A DNA stretch of 64,000 nt from an uncultured Flavobacteriaceae bacterium (GTDB lineage: Bacteria; Bacteroidota; Bacteroidia; Flavobacteriales; Flavobacteriaceae), in NCBI GenBank assembly GCA_963727565.1, contig CAVSGU010000007.1, forward strand, positions 119,979 to 183,978. Reading direction: 5' to 3'. A program made the position numbers and the translations under genes. Below are positions 20,834 through 32,621 of this stretch, piece after piece. Numbering within the stretch: position 1 is the stretch's first letter; every line of letters starts with the position of its first letter. A model generated the notes under the pieces. That model ran no database searches and was not told the origin of the DNA. It saw only the letters and a list, made by a program, of their open reading frames with translations.

Positions 20834-23242
20834 TTATTTATTTCCGAACATCTTGTTCTTTATTCGTTGCCAGCGGGATTCTTTATCGGCACCGTAACCA
20901 TATCCGTAGCCATAAGAATACCCATACTTAGCTCCATAAGAGAATTTTGAATAATCTACATCATTTAAAATAATCGCCGGGCTTTTAAGTTTTCCCTGTT
21001 GCTTAAGTTCTTTAGGAAAATCCAGCATCTTTTTATCTGTATAATCAGCTCGCACAACATACAAGGTAGTATCAGCCAAAGGACTTACTAATAAAGTATC
21101 TGTTACTATCATAGTTGGAGCGGTATCCACCAGTACATAATCATAAACTCCGGCTGCATACTCTAATAAGCTTTCTAATCGATCATTCATAAGAAGTTCT
21201 GCAGGGTTAGGTGGAATAGGGCCTGAAAGCACCATATCTACTTTTATCCCAGCCTGTTTTTCTATGGAAATAATTTCATTTTCAGAGACTTCAAAATCGT
21301 ATAAATAATCTGAAAGGCCTTTAGGCGCGGCATCACTTATTTCGCCATACCTATGAAGTTTAGGATTACGAATATCGGCACCGATCAATAAAACTTTCTT
21401 TCCGGTACTGGCCAAGGGTTCTCGCCATATTATAAGAGACAAAAGTCTTACCTTCACCTTTTATAGTAGAGGTTACGAAAATTACCTCTCCCCTATCTTT
21501 ATCTTTATTTTGAAATAAATAGGCTAGGTTCGTTCTCAAAATCCTAAATGATTCCGCCAAAGGAGTACGATCGTTTAATTCTATACGTTCATTTTGCTCT
21601 CCTCCAATACGCGGTACTTCACCAATAAATGGAATATGTTTTATCAATCCACTCAATTCTCCTTTATGATGCACTTTAGTGTCCAGCATATTCTTAGCGA
21701 AAATTATCAGAATTGGAATTATTAAGCCAATAAGAAAACCTCCCACTAAAATAAGCCAGGGTTTAGGATCAACAGGGTCGTTATTGGTAAATGGAGCATC
21801 AATAACCCTGGCAACTGAAGCTGTAGCAGCAAAAGAAATAGCTGCTTCCTCTCTTCTTTGTAATAAAAATAAATAAAGTTGTTCCTTAATTTGTTGTTGG
21901 CGTTCAATGCTTCGCATCCCTTTTTCAAGCCCAGGAAAGTTACTAAACTGTCCCTGTGCCACATTTCCTCTTTGATTAAGTTCTCTTAGCCTTACATTAA
22001 GTGAACGTCTTGTACTTTCAATATTTTCAAAAAGGTTTTCTCTTAAATTATCAAGTTGTTGAGTTATAGTTTTTACAATCGGATTACGTTCCGTACCTCC
22101 CTCAAGGTACATATTACGCTCCATAATAAGGGTATTATACGAATTCACAAGTCCTGAAATCCCTCCTTCACTAATACCCACATCAGGTAACAATTCATAT
22201 TTACCTTGATTTCTTAATAATTCCTCTACAGAATTTAAAAGTTCCAATTGAGTTTCAATATTAAAAATCTCTTGTTCAGCAGCTGTAAATTTTGACTGGA
22301 ATTGGGAAGCCCCACTACCAATATCCATGATTTGATTATCCCTTTTAAAATCAGCGATATTTACTTCTACAGAATCTAATTCCGTAGTTATCATTTCCAG
22401 TCTATCCTGAATAAATTTAGTAGTATTTTCTGCTACCTCCTGTTTATCTTTGACACCTTCTTCATTAAAGCGTTCCATCAATTTACTAAGAAAGTCTTCC
22501 GATTTTTCAGGAGTATTCTGAACTAAACTTAAGGATAAAATATCTTTTGCCTGTCCTTTTTGAGTTATTTGCAAGTTTCGATATATATTCTGCAGCTACA
22601 GATCTGAGAGGTTGAATTCTGATATTAACAGAACTAGTTCTTCGAAAAGTTCCTTCTTCTTCTCCAGACTTTGGTAAAATAGTGAATTGAATATCATCTA
22701 ACTTAATCACTTCCCCTATACTATGATTTTCTGAATATCCAGTAGCCTCTTCTTCCAGCTTAAAAGAAGTATCAGAGGTAGGAGTAACAATAAGATTTTT
22801 AGAGATGGAATGAATAATACTATCAGGCGTTATAAACTCAATTAAAACAGGACTTGATTTATAAGCTTCAACAGTAATTACATTTCCCTCTATAAAATAA
22901 CTGATGTTATGATTTAACTCTCTAACTACACTTTCTACAAGTTGCTTGGATTTTAATTTCTCAATATGATTTTGAATTCCATCATCTTCCAGAGAAAAAA
23001 TAGCTCCTCCACCGGATGGTGTAGCATTCATTGCATTTTTTTCCTGATCGTCTACAATCATCATTGTAGCTTCAGTATTATATTTCGGAATAGTATACCT
23101 GTTATATAAATAGGCTAATCAAACCTCCAATAAGAAACCCCAGAAGAATCCACTTCCAATAGGCAAGGTATTTAAAGAGTTCAGCTTTTAAATCGAAGGT
23201 AGATTCTTCCTTCTCTTCGTTGAAATCGTTTAATTCTTCCAT
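20834..23242 (-). pseudogene. wzc: Wzc-type BY-kinase / polysaccharide co-polymerase, split by indels near 23110, 22560 and 21430
   Basis: N-terminal Wzz-like segment, AESFRILRTNL, Walker A TSTIKGEGKT, LIGADIRNP, VDTAP, Tyr cluster YGAKYGYSYGYGYGYG. Confidence 0.9.
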
Positions 23243-24031
23243 CTATCTATGTAATATAAAAATTAAGACTTAATATTGAACTAACAGACCTAAAATAGTA
23301 CCTGGACTTCCAAAAAATCCTGCAGATTTAACATTCTGATAAGTTGGTTCCACATATACTAAATCATTTTGTTTTAAATAGTAGATATGGACTATCAAAA
23401 AGATCAGTTTCAGTCATATCAATGTATCCAACAGATTTAACCCCATTAACCTCTCTTATTATCTTATATTTTCTCGTTTCCCGTTATAAGTCATATCACC
23501 ACTCATTGCCAATAATTCAGGCATTGTAATTCTCCCATCGGTAATTTGAACTCTACCAGGAGAACCAACTTCCCCCAGCACAGTAACACTAAAATTTACA
23601 ATTCTAACATCTACTACAGGATCTCTTACGTATTCAGAAATCTGTTTTTGTAATTTTTCCTGAATTGCGGTACGTGATAGACCTTCTACTTTTACAGTAC
23701 CTAAAACGGGAAAGTTTATAGTACCCTCGTGGACTAACCAAGATAACCCGTTAAGGAAAGATTTTGGCCACCACCACCGCCAGAGGATTGGCCGCCTTGT
23801 TGATTCATTTGAAATGGAGCTACTATTTCTTCATTTACCGAAGAAGAAGAGACGTTAATTCTTAATACATCATTTCGCTTCAATTTTCGGTTCATACTCC
23901 AATAAATTTTCTCTGTCCTTCAAGATTTTTGAGACATCATCAAAATATACCACCTGATCTTTTGTAGCGCAACTTGAAACAATAATACTTAACATAAGAA
24001 ACCATCCTAGTTTCCCTATAGATTTGAACAT
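23243..24031 (-). pseudogene. wza: Wza/OPX polysaccharide export lipoprotein, multiple indels (absent from the ORF track)
   Basis: Manual multi-frame reading: lipobox VSSC-ATKDQVVYF, EGTINFPVLGTVKVEGL, VTVLGEVGSPG, LAMSGD, QNDLVYVEP. Confidence 0.8.
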
Positions 24032-24041
24032 GCAGTTATTT

Positions 24042-26023
24042 TTATTCACTTATTACTTCTTCTTTATTATCCAGGCTTTCAAATAATGAATTATTACTCT
24101 TGAATTCCGGGATAAGTATTTTTAATTTTTTAACCATCTTTTCCGCCTTTAATGAATTGGCAGAATCAATGATTTTTTCAATTTTTTCTTTTATCAATTC
24201 ATGATCTCTCACTACCTCCTGACCTATCATAATTTTCTTATGATGTGTAGGAAGTGTTTTACATTCATCATTCAATAATTCTTCATAAAGTTTTTCTCCG
24301 GGTCTTAATCCGGTAATCTTTACTTTAATATTTTTATTTGGATCATAACCGGCAAGTTTAATCATTTTTATAGCCAAATCCATAATTTTTACCGGTTCTC
24401 CCATATCAAAAATAAAGATCTCTCCACCTTTCCCCATAGCGCCGGCTTCAAGAACTAGCTGGCAGGCTTCGGGAATAGTCATAAAATATCTTATAATATC
24501 CGGATGAGTAATGGTAACCGGCCCTCCTTTTTCTATTTGCTTTTTAAACAAAGGCACTACAGATCCATTTGAACCTAACACGTTTCCAAATCGGGTGGTG
24601 ATAAATTTTGTAGTGTTTGGATCTTCTTTGATCCTGGAGTGATAAAGCGACTGAACATACATTTCAGCAGCTCTTTTTGAAGCTCCCATCACATTACTAG
24701 GATTAACCGCTTTATCAGTAGAAACCATAACAAAATGTGAAACTTGATACTTTAACGAAAGATCGGCCAGATTTTTTGTTCCCTGGATATTTACAAATAC
24801 AGCTTCATGAGGATTTTCTTCCATTAATGGAACATGCTTATAAGCCGCGGCGTGATAAACCACATCAATATTCTGATTTTGGAACATAAGCTCTAAACGC
24901 TTAAAGTTACCTACGTCACAAATAATGAATTTACAATTTAAGTCAGGAAACTTGGCATTCACTTCAAGGCTCAAAGTATGAAGTGGTGTTTCAGCCTGAT
25001 CAAGAATAATAAGTTTCTTTAGGGTTATACTGGGCTACCTGTCTTACAATCTCACTTCCTATAGATCCTGCTCCGCCGGTTACCAAAATAGTTTTACCCG
25101 TTAATTGCTCAATTTTATTTTCAGGATTAAGCCTAATAGGTTCACGTTCTAAAAGATCTTCGATTTGTAACGATTTTACTTTCTTCGCTATGGGTTGGGT
25201 ATCTTCACCCCAGGTTGAAACAATTGGTGCATTAAATACTTTAATATCGTTTTCAAGACAATCTTTTACAAAGTTGAATTTTTCTTCGGCCGTAAAATTA
25301 TTTTCTGAAAGGATAACTGCTTCTGCATTTACCGATTGAACAGCTTTATGAATTTCCGAAGAATAATTAATTACGGGTTTATCCAGTAATCTTATACTTT
25401 TATTGTGTTTTTCATTAGTAAGAAAACCAACTATTTTAAATCTCCTGGGGATTTCTATATCAAGCGCACCTGCTATAGAAATAGCGTTTTCATCAGCTCC
25501 AAGAATAACCGCATTTAAGATGTCTTCGTCCCGACTAACTAGTTTAAAGTATTCATATATCTGTTTCACCCCTAGTCTGAAAAGAAATAGCAAGGAAAAA
25601 GAAATACATAAATTAATGAACAAACCGCCTACCAAGAATATTTTCTTCCCTATAACAAAAAAGGTTATATAATTAATAACCAGCAAAGTAAAAAACGAAC
25701 TCATGGTAGCCAGGAGCAGCTTTAGAGCATCTATATTAGAAGAATATCTAATAATCCCTGCGTAAGTTTTAAAAATATAAAAGTAGAAAATATGAACTGC
25801 TATTACGATAAAGGCCTTATCATAAAAACTAAGAACCGTATAATAATTTGGAGTAAGATCTATAATAAGTAAAACGGTAAACAGGGTGGAAATTGCCACC
25901 AAAGAAAGGTCTATCAAATAAACCGCCCACCTGGGAAGATACTTTATATTCCTTAAATCGAGGGCGTTATCGGTTCCCGAGAGTATATTTCTTAATATAC
26001 TTTATCTCCCTATTGTTACTCAT
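24042..26023 (-). CDS. CapD/WbpM/PglF-like membrane-bound UDP-GlcNAc 4,6-dehydratase; indels near 25000 and 25990
   Basis: TGGAGSIGSEIVRQ, HAAAYKHVP, STDKAVNP, RFGNVLGSNGSV, RYFMTIPEA, GLRPGEKLYEEL. ATG 26023 overlaps the upstream stop. Confidence 0.9.
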
Positions 26024-27231
26024 TCGAGAAATCTCCCAATAATTATTTTCCAATCATTGCTTCGTGAGCTTCTGTTTTCTTCTGTAAAACAGGATAAAAT
26101 TCCAGCCTTGATTCGGTCTTTTTCCTCCTGGGTTAAATTAGAACCCGAAGGTAGACATAGGCTATTATCAAATAAACCCTCTGCAACCCCATCTCCATAA
26201 AAAGGAGCATTTTTAAAAACCGGCTGCATATGCATAGGTTTCCATAAAGGTCTGCTTTCTATATTTAATTCTTCAAGATGCAAACGTAAATCCTCACGAT
26301 TTATTCCCCCGGTCTTTTCTTCATTTAAGCTCACTACACTCAACCAATGATTGGAAAAAAAGTCATCATTGGGAGCACTATGAACCTTAACTCCTTCAAT
26401 TTCAGAAAACAAATCTACATAAAATTCGTGCATTTCTCTTCTGGCTTTCACGCGTTCGTCCACCACTTGCATTTGACCACGCCCTATTCCCGCTGAAATA
26501 TTACTCAATCGGTAATTATAACCAATTTCACTATGCTGATAATGGGGCGCCGCATCCCTTGCCTGTGTAGCTAAGAAAACAGCTTTTTCTTTAGCAGATT
26601 GAGTTTTAGCAACTAATGCTCCGCCACCAGAGGTCGTGATAATCTTATTTCCATTAAATGAAAGAATCGCATACTCAGCAAAAGTACCACATCGCTCACC
26701 TTTATAAGTGCTCCCCAGTGCTTCCGCAGCATCTTCTACTACCGGAATTCCAAACTCTTCGGATATTTCATTAATTTGATCTACCTGATACGGCATTCCG
26801 TATAAATGTACAGCTATTATTGCTTTTGGCTTTTTTCCTTTGGAAATCCTATCTTCAATAGCTTTTCTTAGTTGCTTTGGACAAAGATTCAAGGTTTTCT
26901 CTTCACTATCTATAAAGATAGGTGTTGCTCCCAGATAAGCAATAGGGTTGGCTGAAGCTGCAAAAGTCATACTTTGGCAAAGTACTTCATCGCCCGCTTT
27001 AATCCCTAGCATTACTAAAGCTAAATGTAAGGCGGCCGTGCCAGAACTTAAAGCAGCTACAGCTCCTTCTTTCGAGGAGCTATCAAATAGATATTTTTTT
27101 ATATCTTCTTCAAAGCCATTTACATTGGGGCCTAAAGGTGCTACCCAATTCTGCTCAAAAGCTTCATTGACGAATTTTTGCTCAGTTCCACCCATATGTG
27201 GAGAGGATAACCATATTTTATCTTTGTTCAT
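26020..27231 (-). CDS. DegT/DnrJ/EryC1/StrS sugar aminotransferase (PglE-like)
   Basis: SSGTAALHLAL, EDAAEALG, SFNGNKIITTSGGG (PLP lysine), GYNYRLSN, LCLPSGS. Confidence 0.92.
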   Translation of the reverse strand: MNKDKIWLSSPHMGGTEQKFVNEAFEQNWVAPLGPNVNGFEEDIKKYLFDSSSKEGAVAALSSGTAALHLALVMLGIKAGDEVLCQSMTFAASANPIAYLGATPIFIDSEEKTLNLCPKQLRKAIEDRISKGKKPKAIIAVHLYGMPYQVDQINEISEEFGIPVVEDAAEALGSTYKGERCGTFAEYAILSFNGNKIITTSGGGALVAKTQSAKEKAVFLATQARDAAPHYQHSEIGYNYRLSNISAGIGRGQMQVVDERVKARREMHEFYVDLFSEIEGVKVHSAPNDDFFSNHWLSVVSLNEEKTGGINREDLRLHLEELNIESRPLWKPMHMQPVFKNAPFYGDGVAEGLFDNSLCLPSGSNLTQEEKDRIKAGILSCFTEENRSSRSNDWKIIIGRFLE

Positions 27232-27841
27232 CTAAGTATTTTATAATTTTTCCAGGATTACCAACAACAACAGCAAAGTCTGGAATATCTTCAATTATTA
27301 CGGCTCCGGCCCCAATAGACGCCCATTTGCCAATTTTAACTCCGGGAATAACCGACGCCCCGGTTCCCACCTGTGTACCTTCCGCAACACTTACATTTCC
27401 TGTGAGTACCGCATTGGGTGCTATATGCACAAAATCGCCGAGGCGCACATCGTGTTCAACAACCGCACCAGAATTTATAATACAGTGTTTTCCAATTCTG
27501 GAACCTGAATTTATAATAGCCCCAGGCATCACTACTGTCCCAGCTGCCATTTTAATATTTTCTGAAATTATTGCGCTAGAATGACTGATTGCCTCCGAGA
27601 TTACACCGGTAAATTTTTGGGCAACTCGTTTTCTAATCGCATTATTTCCAATAGCTAAAACCGTAGGATTTTTAAGTTGATCTTCATTAGGTTTATGAAT
27701 AACCTTAAAGTCAAGGAATTCTTCAACTTCGAGGTTATCATCAAATACTGAATCTATTTGAATATTCCTGCTTTTTAGAATATCAAAAACAACCTTCCCG
27801 TGACCACTGGCTCCGTAAATATTCATCTCAATTTTTTCCAT
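27218..27841 (-). CDS. PglD/NeuD-like sugar acetyltransferase (left-handed beta-helix)
   Basis: YGASGHGKVV, AIGNNAIR, hexapeptide repeats, VEHD, VGNPGK. Confidence 0.9.
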   Translation of the reverse strand: MEKIEMNIYGASGHGKVVFDILKSRNIQIDSVFDDNLEVEEFLDFKVIHKPNEDQLKNPTVLAIGNNAIRKRVAQKFTGVISEAISHSSAIISENIKMAAGTVVMPGAIINSGSRIGKHCIINSGAVVEHDVRLGDFVHIAPNAVLTGNVSVAEGTQVGTGASVIPGVKIGKWASIGAGAVIIEDIPDFAVVVGNPGKIIKYLDEQR

Positions 27842-28434
27842 TAAAAGCTTCCGTTGTTGCCATATTGGCCGTATTTATACCTTCAGAAATCACTACTTTT
27901 TTAATCGTCTTGATTATAATTTTCACATCTAATCCAAAAGACAGGTTTTCCACATACCAAACATCATATTCAAACTTTTTGGTCCAACTAATCGCATTTC
28001 TACCATTAACCTGAGCCCATCCGGTTATTCCAGGCTTTACGTTGTGTCGTTTTCTTTGCCTTTCAGAATACAAAGGTAAATACTGAGGTAATAACGGTCT
28101 GGGACCTATTAAACTCATATTCCCTTTTAAAACATTTATCAACTGTGGAATCTCATCTATAGAGGTTTTTCTAACGAACTTTCCAACCGCGGTTAACCTC
28201 TTTTCATCCGGAAGTAAATCTCCATTTTCATCCTTCTCATCAGTCATCGTTTTAAACTTAATGATATTGAAAATACGCCCATTTTTTCCCGGTCTTTTCT
28301 GAAAAAAAAAGGGTTTTCCATTATTCGCCAAAGCTAATAAAACTGTAATTGGAATTAATAACGGACTAAGCACTAATAATGCCGCTAAAAGCAATAAAAA
28401 AGTCAAGTAATTTTTTAAAAAAGTGCTTGTACAT
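27828..28434 (-). CDS. PglC-like initiating phosphoglycosyltransferase (sugar transferase); indel near 28385
   Basis: ATG 28434 gives MYKHFFKKLLDF; FFFQKRPGK, KFKTM, RKTSIDEIPQL, GPRP, KPGITGWAQVNGRN. Confidence 0.9.
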
Positions 28435-28459
28435 AGAGGAATTAAGACATTATGCCAAC

Positions 28460-28482
28460 CAAAATTAGGCTGTGCAAAACTA
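28460..28482 (-). promoter_or_regulatory. Tandem -7 boxes (TAATTTTG 28460-28467; TAGTTTTG 28475-28482) upstream of the pglC-like gene
   Basis: Two exact TAnnTTTG matches on the minus strand. Confidence 0.4.
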
Positions 28483-29646
28483 TGATTTTATATATTCCTT
28501 TTCTAGATTTTTGTATTCCTTTAACAGAATTTGCCAAAATTCTTTGCGCTCATAATATTTACAGATTTCATCTCTGGCATTTGATGAAAGCCTATTGGTA
28601 TAATTCTTATTCTCAACAAATAACTCCATAGCAGAAAATAAAGCAGAGGTATCTTTAACCGGAATTATAACTCCATTAATTCCTTCTACAATAATTTCGT
28701 TACATCCATTAATATCGCTTACTATTGCCGGAAGATTCATAGCTCCCGCCTGCATCACAACATTTGGAAAACCTTCGCGATAACTAGGGAAAGCCAATGC
28801 GTTCGCAATTGCAAAATAAGGACGAACGTCTTCCTGGTACCCGGTAGTGATAATTTTTTCGTGGCTTTTTATACTATTAAACGTATCTTGCTTTAAAGGA
28901 TCCAGTTCTTTTTCAAAAGGCCCTACCAGCAGTAGGGAAATATTCTGATTTTTCTTGTGTAGCTTTTTAAAGGCATCTACCAATTCATTTATGCCTTTTT
29001 CACTAACTAATCTTCCAATAAAAATAAAAACAAAATCCTCCTGGGGAATCCCGAGCGATTGTCTTTTATTTTTTTTCTGGTCCTCTTTAAAACTGTATGG
29101 ATCGAAATATTTGGTGTCAATTCCGTTGGAACTTCCTTTTCCAAGCACTTTTAATTTATTTTCTTCAGCAAAACCTTCCTTAAGAATAATTTCCTTGAGG
29201 CCTCGCGAATTCGGGAAAACTTTTGTAGCCAATTTATAGGTGAATTTCTCCACCTGGTCTAATATTTTTCTTTTGGTGCCGGTAGTTTCCATAAGCGGTA
29301 GTCCCGCTACTGTATGCAAGCGCAAAGGAACTCCAGCTAGTTTGGCGGCCAACATTCCGACAATTCCCGCTTTTGGAGTGTGCGTATGGACAATTTCCGG
29401 CTTTTCCTTTTTAAAAAATTTATAAAGCTTCCAAACTGCTTTTAGATCTTTTACCGGTGTTATAGCCCTTGTCATTTCAACCCAAAAAGTATTTACCTGG
29501 TTTTTTTCTCCATACTTATTCAGCCTTTCCTTTTCAGCTGCGACAGCGGTAACCTCATAATATTGACTCATATAAGTAAGCTGACCTTCCAGGAGTTTTT
29601 CAAGAGAAAGTGGGATTGTGGTGATGCGAATGAGTTTTTTAGGCAT
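28480..29646 (-). CDS. GT4 glycosyltransferase (PglA/WbuB-like)
   Basis: HTHTPKAG, FIGRL, PSYREGFPNVVMQA; ATG 29646 preferred as start. Confidence 0.88.
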   Translation of the reverse strand: MPKKLIRITTIPLSLEKLLEGQLTYMSQYYEVTAVAAEKERLNKYGEKNQVNTFWVEMTRAITPVKDLKAVWKLYKFFKKEKPEIVHTHTPKAGIVGMLAAKLAGVPLRLHTVAGLPLMETTGTKRKILDQVEKFTYKLATKVFPNSRGLKEIILKEGFAEENKLKVLGKGSSNGIDTKYFDPYSFKEDQKKNKRQSLGIPQEDFVFIFIGRLVSEKGINELVDAFKKLHKKNQNISLLLVGPFEKELDPLKQDTFNSIKSHEKIITTGYQEDVRPYFAIANALAFPSYREGFPNVVMQAGAMNLPAIVSDINGCNEIIVEGINGVIIPVKDTSALFSAMELFVENKNYTNRLSSNARDEICKYYERKEFWQILLKEYKNLEKEYIKS

Positions 29647-29664
29647 AAATTTTAATTTAAGGTG

Positions 29665-29672
29665 CAAAAATA
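29665..29672 (-). promoter_or_regulatory. -7 box TATTTTTG in the divergent GT4/GT2 intergenic region
   Basis: Exact TAnnTTTG 18 nt before ATG 29646. Confidence 0.45.
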
Positions 29673-29712
29673 AGTTTTTTTGAAATAACTTTACCGATCT
29701 AGTAAAATCCAA

Positions 29713-30636
29713 ATGAATTTCTCAGAATTTAAAAACAGGTTTCTTAAGGAGGAAATACAAGAATATCCAAATGCCACTGATAAAATTGAACCAAAAGTCA
29801 CCGTATGTATTCAAACCTACAATCACGAAGAATATATTGGGCAATGCTTAGAATCGATAATATCGCAAAAAACAGATTTTGAATATGAGATTTCTATTGG
29901 AGAAGACGACTCAAGCGATGCTACCAGGGAAATTTGTAAAAATTATGCTAAGCAATATCCTGAGAAAATTAGATTATTTTTACATAATAGAAAAAATAAT
30001 ATAAAAGTTGGGAATGTTTCTACGGGTCTTTTTCCTTCTCTTTTCAATCTTTATAATTCTAGAGGTAAGTTTATAGCTTATTGTGATGGAGATGATTATT
30101 GGGGAGACCCTCAAAAACTACAGAAACAGGTAGATTTTTTAGAAAGTAATCCTACATACTCTATGTGTTTTCATCAATTCAATATTTTAAAATCGGGTAA
30201 TTCTAGTTTCAGTCCAAAGCAAGTAACAAAAGATTTGGAAAAGGAAGAACTATTAAAAGTCGATTTTCATCCTTTAATAATAACTTATTGTTTTAGAAAA
30301 ATTGATTTTTTGCCTGCAGAGATCACTCAAGTTATTAATGCTGATAGCTTCCTAATTAGCCTCTTGGGGCAAAAAGGAAAGGGAAAGTATATTCACCACA
30401 TAAAGCCAGCCGTATATCGTTTTCATCAAAATGGATTGTACAGTTCTAAAAAAAGTGAAAAGCGGTTTTTATTTGAACAAAATACTTACCAAATCTTATC
30501 TAAATATTATACAGCTAACCCTGTCTTGTCTTTGCACTTCAAAAAAAGAGCATTTGATTATCAAAAAATGTTAATCAATTTTTACCTTAAAAAATTTAAC
30601 CTGAAAAAATTATTTAGGACTATTGTAATGAATTAA
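29713..30636 (+). CDS. GT2 glycosyltransferase
   Basis: VCIQTYNHEEYI, GEDDSSD, YCDGDDYW (DxD) and KLQKQVDFLE. Confidence 0.9.
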   Translation: MNFSEFKNRFLKEEIQEYPNATDKIEPKVTVCIQTYNHEEYIGQCLESIISQKTDFEYEISIGEDDSSDATREICKNYAKQYPEKIRLFLHNRKNNIKVGNVSTGLFPSLFNLYNSRGKFIAYCDGDDYWGDPQKLQKQVDFLESNPTYSMCFHQFNILKSGNSSFSPKQVTKDLEKEELLKVDFHPLIITYCFRKIDFLPAEITQVINADSFLISLLGQKGKGKYIHHIKPAVYRFHQNGLYSSKKSEKRFLFEQNTYQILSKYYTANPVLSLHFKKRAFDYQKMLINFYLKKFNLKKLFRTIVMN

Positions 30637-30715
30637 AATTTTAAAATAGCTACATTTAAATTAGGTCAAATTTTAAAATTCATCCCTTATTTATTTTGTC
30701 TAGATACCCCATTAA

Positions 30716-32521
30716 ATGCCAAAATTAAAATTTATAAAAAAGCAGCTTAAGTATTTCTTTTTCTTTTACTCTTTTCTTAAAGGTAGAGCGTTTATAATTA
30801 TTTTCCTAAGTTTTATAATCGGCGGTTTAGATGGAATAGGCCTTGCTTTTTTTATTCCCTTACTTCAAATGGCTTTTAATGGAGAGGCTTATGAAATTAC
30901 TGAAAACGAAACTTTTCTTCAGGAGTTTTTTTTCAATAATTTCCATATTGCCCTCACTCTCTTTAATGTTTTTACTATAATTCTAATATTATTTAGTCTA
31001 AAAGGTGTTATCAAATTTTTCGATTCTTATTTAAAAGTATTGTGGCAGGAAAAAATCACAAGAGAAATTAAATTAAATAACATAGTACTATTTAAAAATC
31101 TAAAATATTCCGGGTTTTTAAAAATTGATATCGGAAAAATTCAAAATACTTTAACAAATGAGGTCATAAAAATTAGTTTAGCATATAAGTTTTATTTTAA
31201 AACTTTAAACTTTATAATTTTAGTATTTACCTATTTTCTTTTTTCTTTAAAGGTAGATTGGCGGTTTACCCTTATTGTCCTCTCTGGAGGTATTGCAATA
31301 AGTATTTTCTTTAAACTCCTATATAAAAGAACAGAAAAACTATCCAAAAAACTTGTTGAAGAAGCGCATCATTATCATAAGCTTTTAAGTGAGAAAGTAA
31401 ATCTTTATAAATATTTAAAATCCACAGGCTTATTAGAAAAGTACATCAACAAGATGAAGAAAAACACCCTCATTATTGAGAAGACACAAAAAAAATTGGG
31501 TTTAGTAGAAGCTGCTATTTTTGGATTTAAAGAGCCATTGGTTATTATTATCATTTTTATGGCTATATTCCTATACAGCCAATATTTTGCTAATACTATA
31601 TCTAGTTTAATGTTGAATTTATTATTCATATATCGCGCTTTCACATTTTTTATGGCATCGCAAGAGAACTGGAATCTATTTCTAGGATATTCAGGCAGCA
31701 TTGAGAATTTAGAGGATTTTGAAAATGAGCTTAAGACTGAGCAGGAAGAAAAAGAAATTAAGAAAAAAACAGTTAATAAGTTTAATCATCAACTACTATT
31801 AAAAAATGTAAGTTTCAAGTACGACACTAATAAAGATTACATACTTAAAAATATCTCTTTTGAGATAAAAAAGAACAAAACTATAGCTATTGTAGGACCT
31901 AGCGGTTCAGGAAAAACTACCCTGCTCAATATTCTAACCGGCCTCCTAAGTCCTTCCATTGGGAAAGTTTATTTCGATGATTACGAACTTAATAATGTAG
32001 CTATTTCTTCCTATCGCAAATTAATTGGCTATATAATTCAGGATGCTCCCATTTTTAATGATACCATTTACAATAATATTAGTTTCTGGGATCAGAAAAA
32101 TAGCACTAATTATACTAAGTTTACGAAAGCAATCCGGGAATCCAATATTCAAGAATTTGTCTTAGATTTACCTGAAAGAGAAAACGCTTCACTAGGGTCT
32201 AACGGGATTAATTTAAGTGGAGGCCAGAAACAAAGGATCTCTATTGCGAGAGAATTATATAAAAGCCCAGAAATTTTATTTATGGATGAGGCGACATCTA
32301 ATCTTGATACTAAGACCGAGACTGAAATTCAAAAGAATATCGAGAAGTTAAAAGGAAATTATACTATTATTACTATAGCTCACAGGTTAGCTACAATAAA
32401 AAATGCAGATATTATTATACTTCTTGAACAAGGACAAATCATAGGTAAGGGGAGTTATAAAGATTTAATGGAGACTTCCTCTTCATTTAGGCGAATGGTA
32501 GAACTTCAAAGTTTGCAGTAA
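30716..32521 (+). CDS. ABC transporter permease+ATPase (MsbA/PglK/HetA-like glycan flippase)
   Basis: Six-TM N-terminal half; GPSGSGKT, LSGGQKQR, MDEATSNLD, IAHRL. Confidence 0.9.
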   Translation: MPKLKFIKKQLKYFFFFYSFLKGRAFIIIFLSFIIGGLDGIGLAFFIPLLQMAFNGEAYEITENETFLQEFFFNNFHIALTLFNVFTIILILFSLKGVIKFFDSYLKVLWQEKITREIKLNNIVLFKNLKYSGFLKIDIGKIQNTLTNEVIKISLAYKFYFKTLNFIILVFTYFLFSLKVDWRFTLIVLSGGIAISIFFKLLYKRTEKLSKKLVEEAHHYHKLLSEKVNLYKYLKSTGLLEKYINKMKKNTLIIEKTQKKLGLVEAAIFGFKEPLVIIIIFMAIFLYSQYFANTISSLMLNLLFIYRAFTFFMASQENWNLFLGYSGSIENLEDFENELKTEQEEKEIKKKTVNKFNHQLLLKNVSFKYDTNKDYILKNISFEIKKNKTIAIVGPSGSGKTTLLNILTGLLSPSIGKVYFDDYELNNVAISSYRKLIGYIIQDAPIFNDTIYNNISFWDQKNSTNYTKFTKAIRESNIQEFVLDLPERENASLGSNGINLSGGQKQRISIARELYKSPEILFMDEATSNLDTKTETEIQKNIEKLKGNYTIITIAHRLATIKNADIIILLEQGQIIGKGSYKDLMETSSSFRRMVELQSLQ

Positions 32522-32621
32522 AAAAATCAAATAATTAAATTAAGCGTCACATATTTGCAAGTGTCTTAAAATATAAATGTATACCTAACATACCTTACCT
32601 AAAATTTAGCGAAAAAACAGA

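Noticed and set aside
20860-20940. YG repeat as a novel tandem repeat
   Set aside because: It is the standard C-terminal tyrosine autophosphorylation cluster of Wzc.
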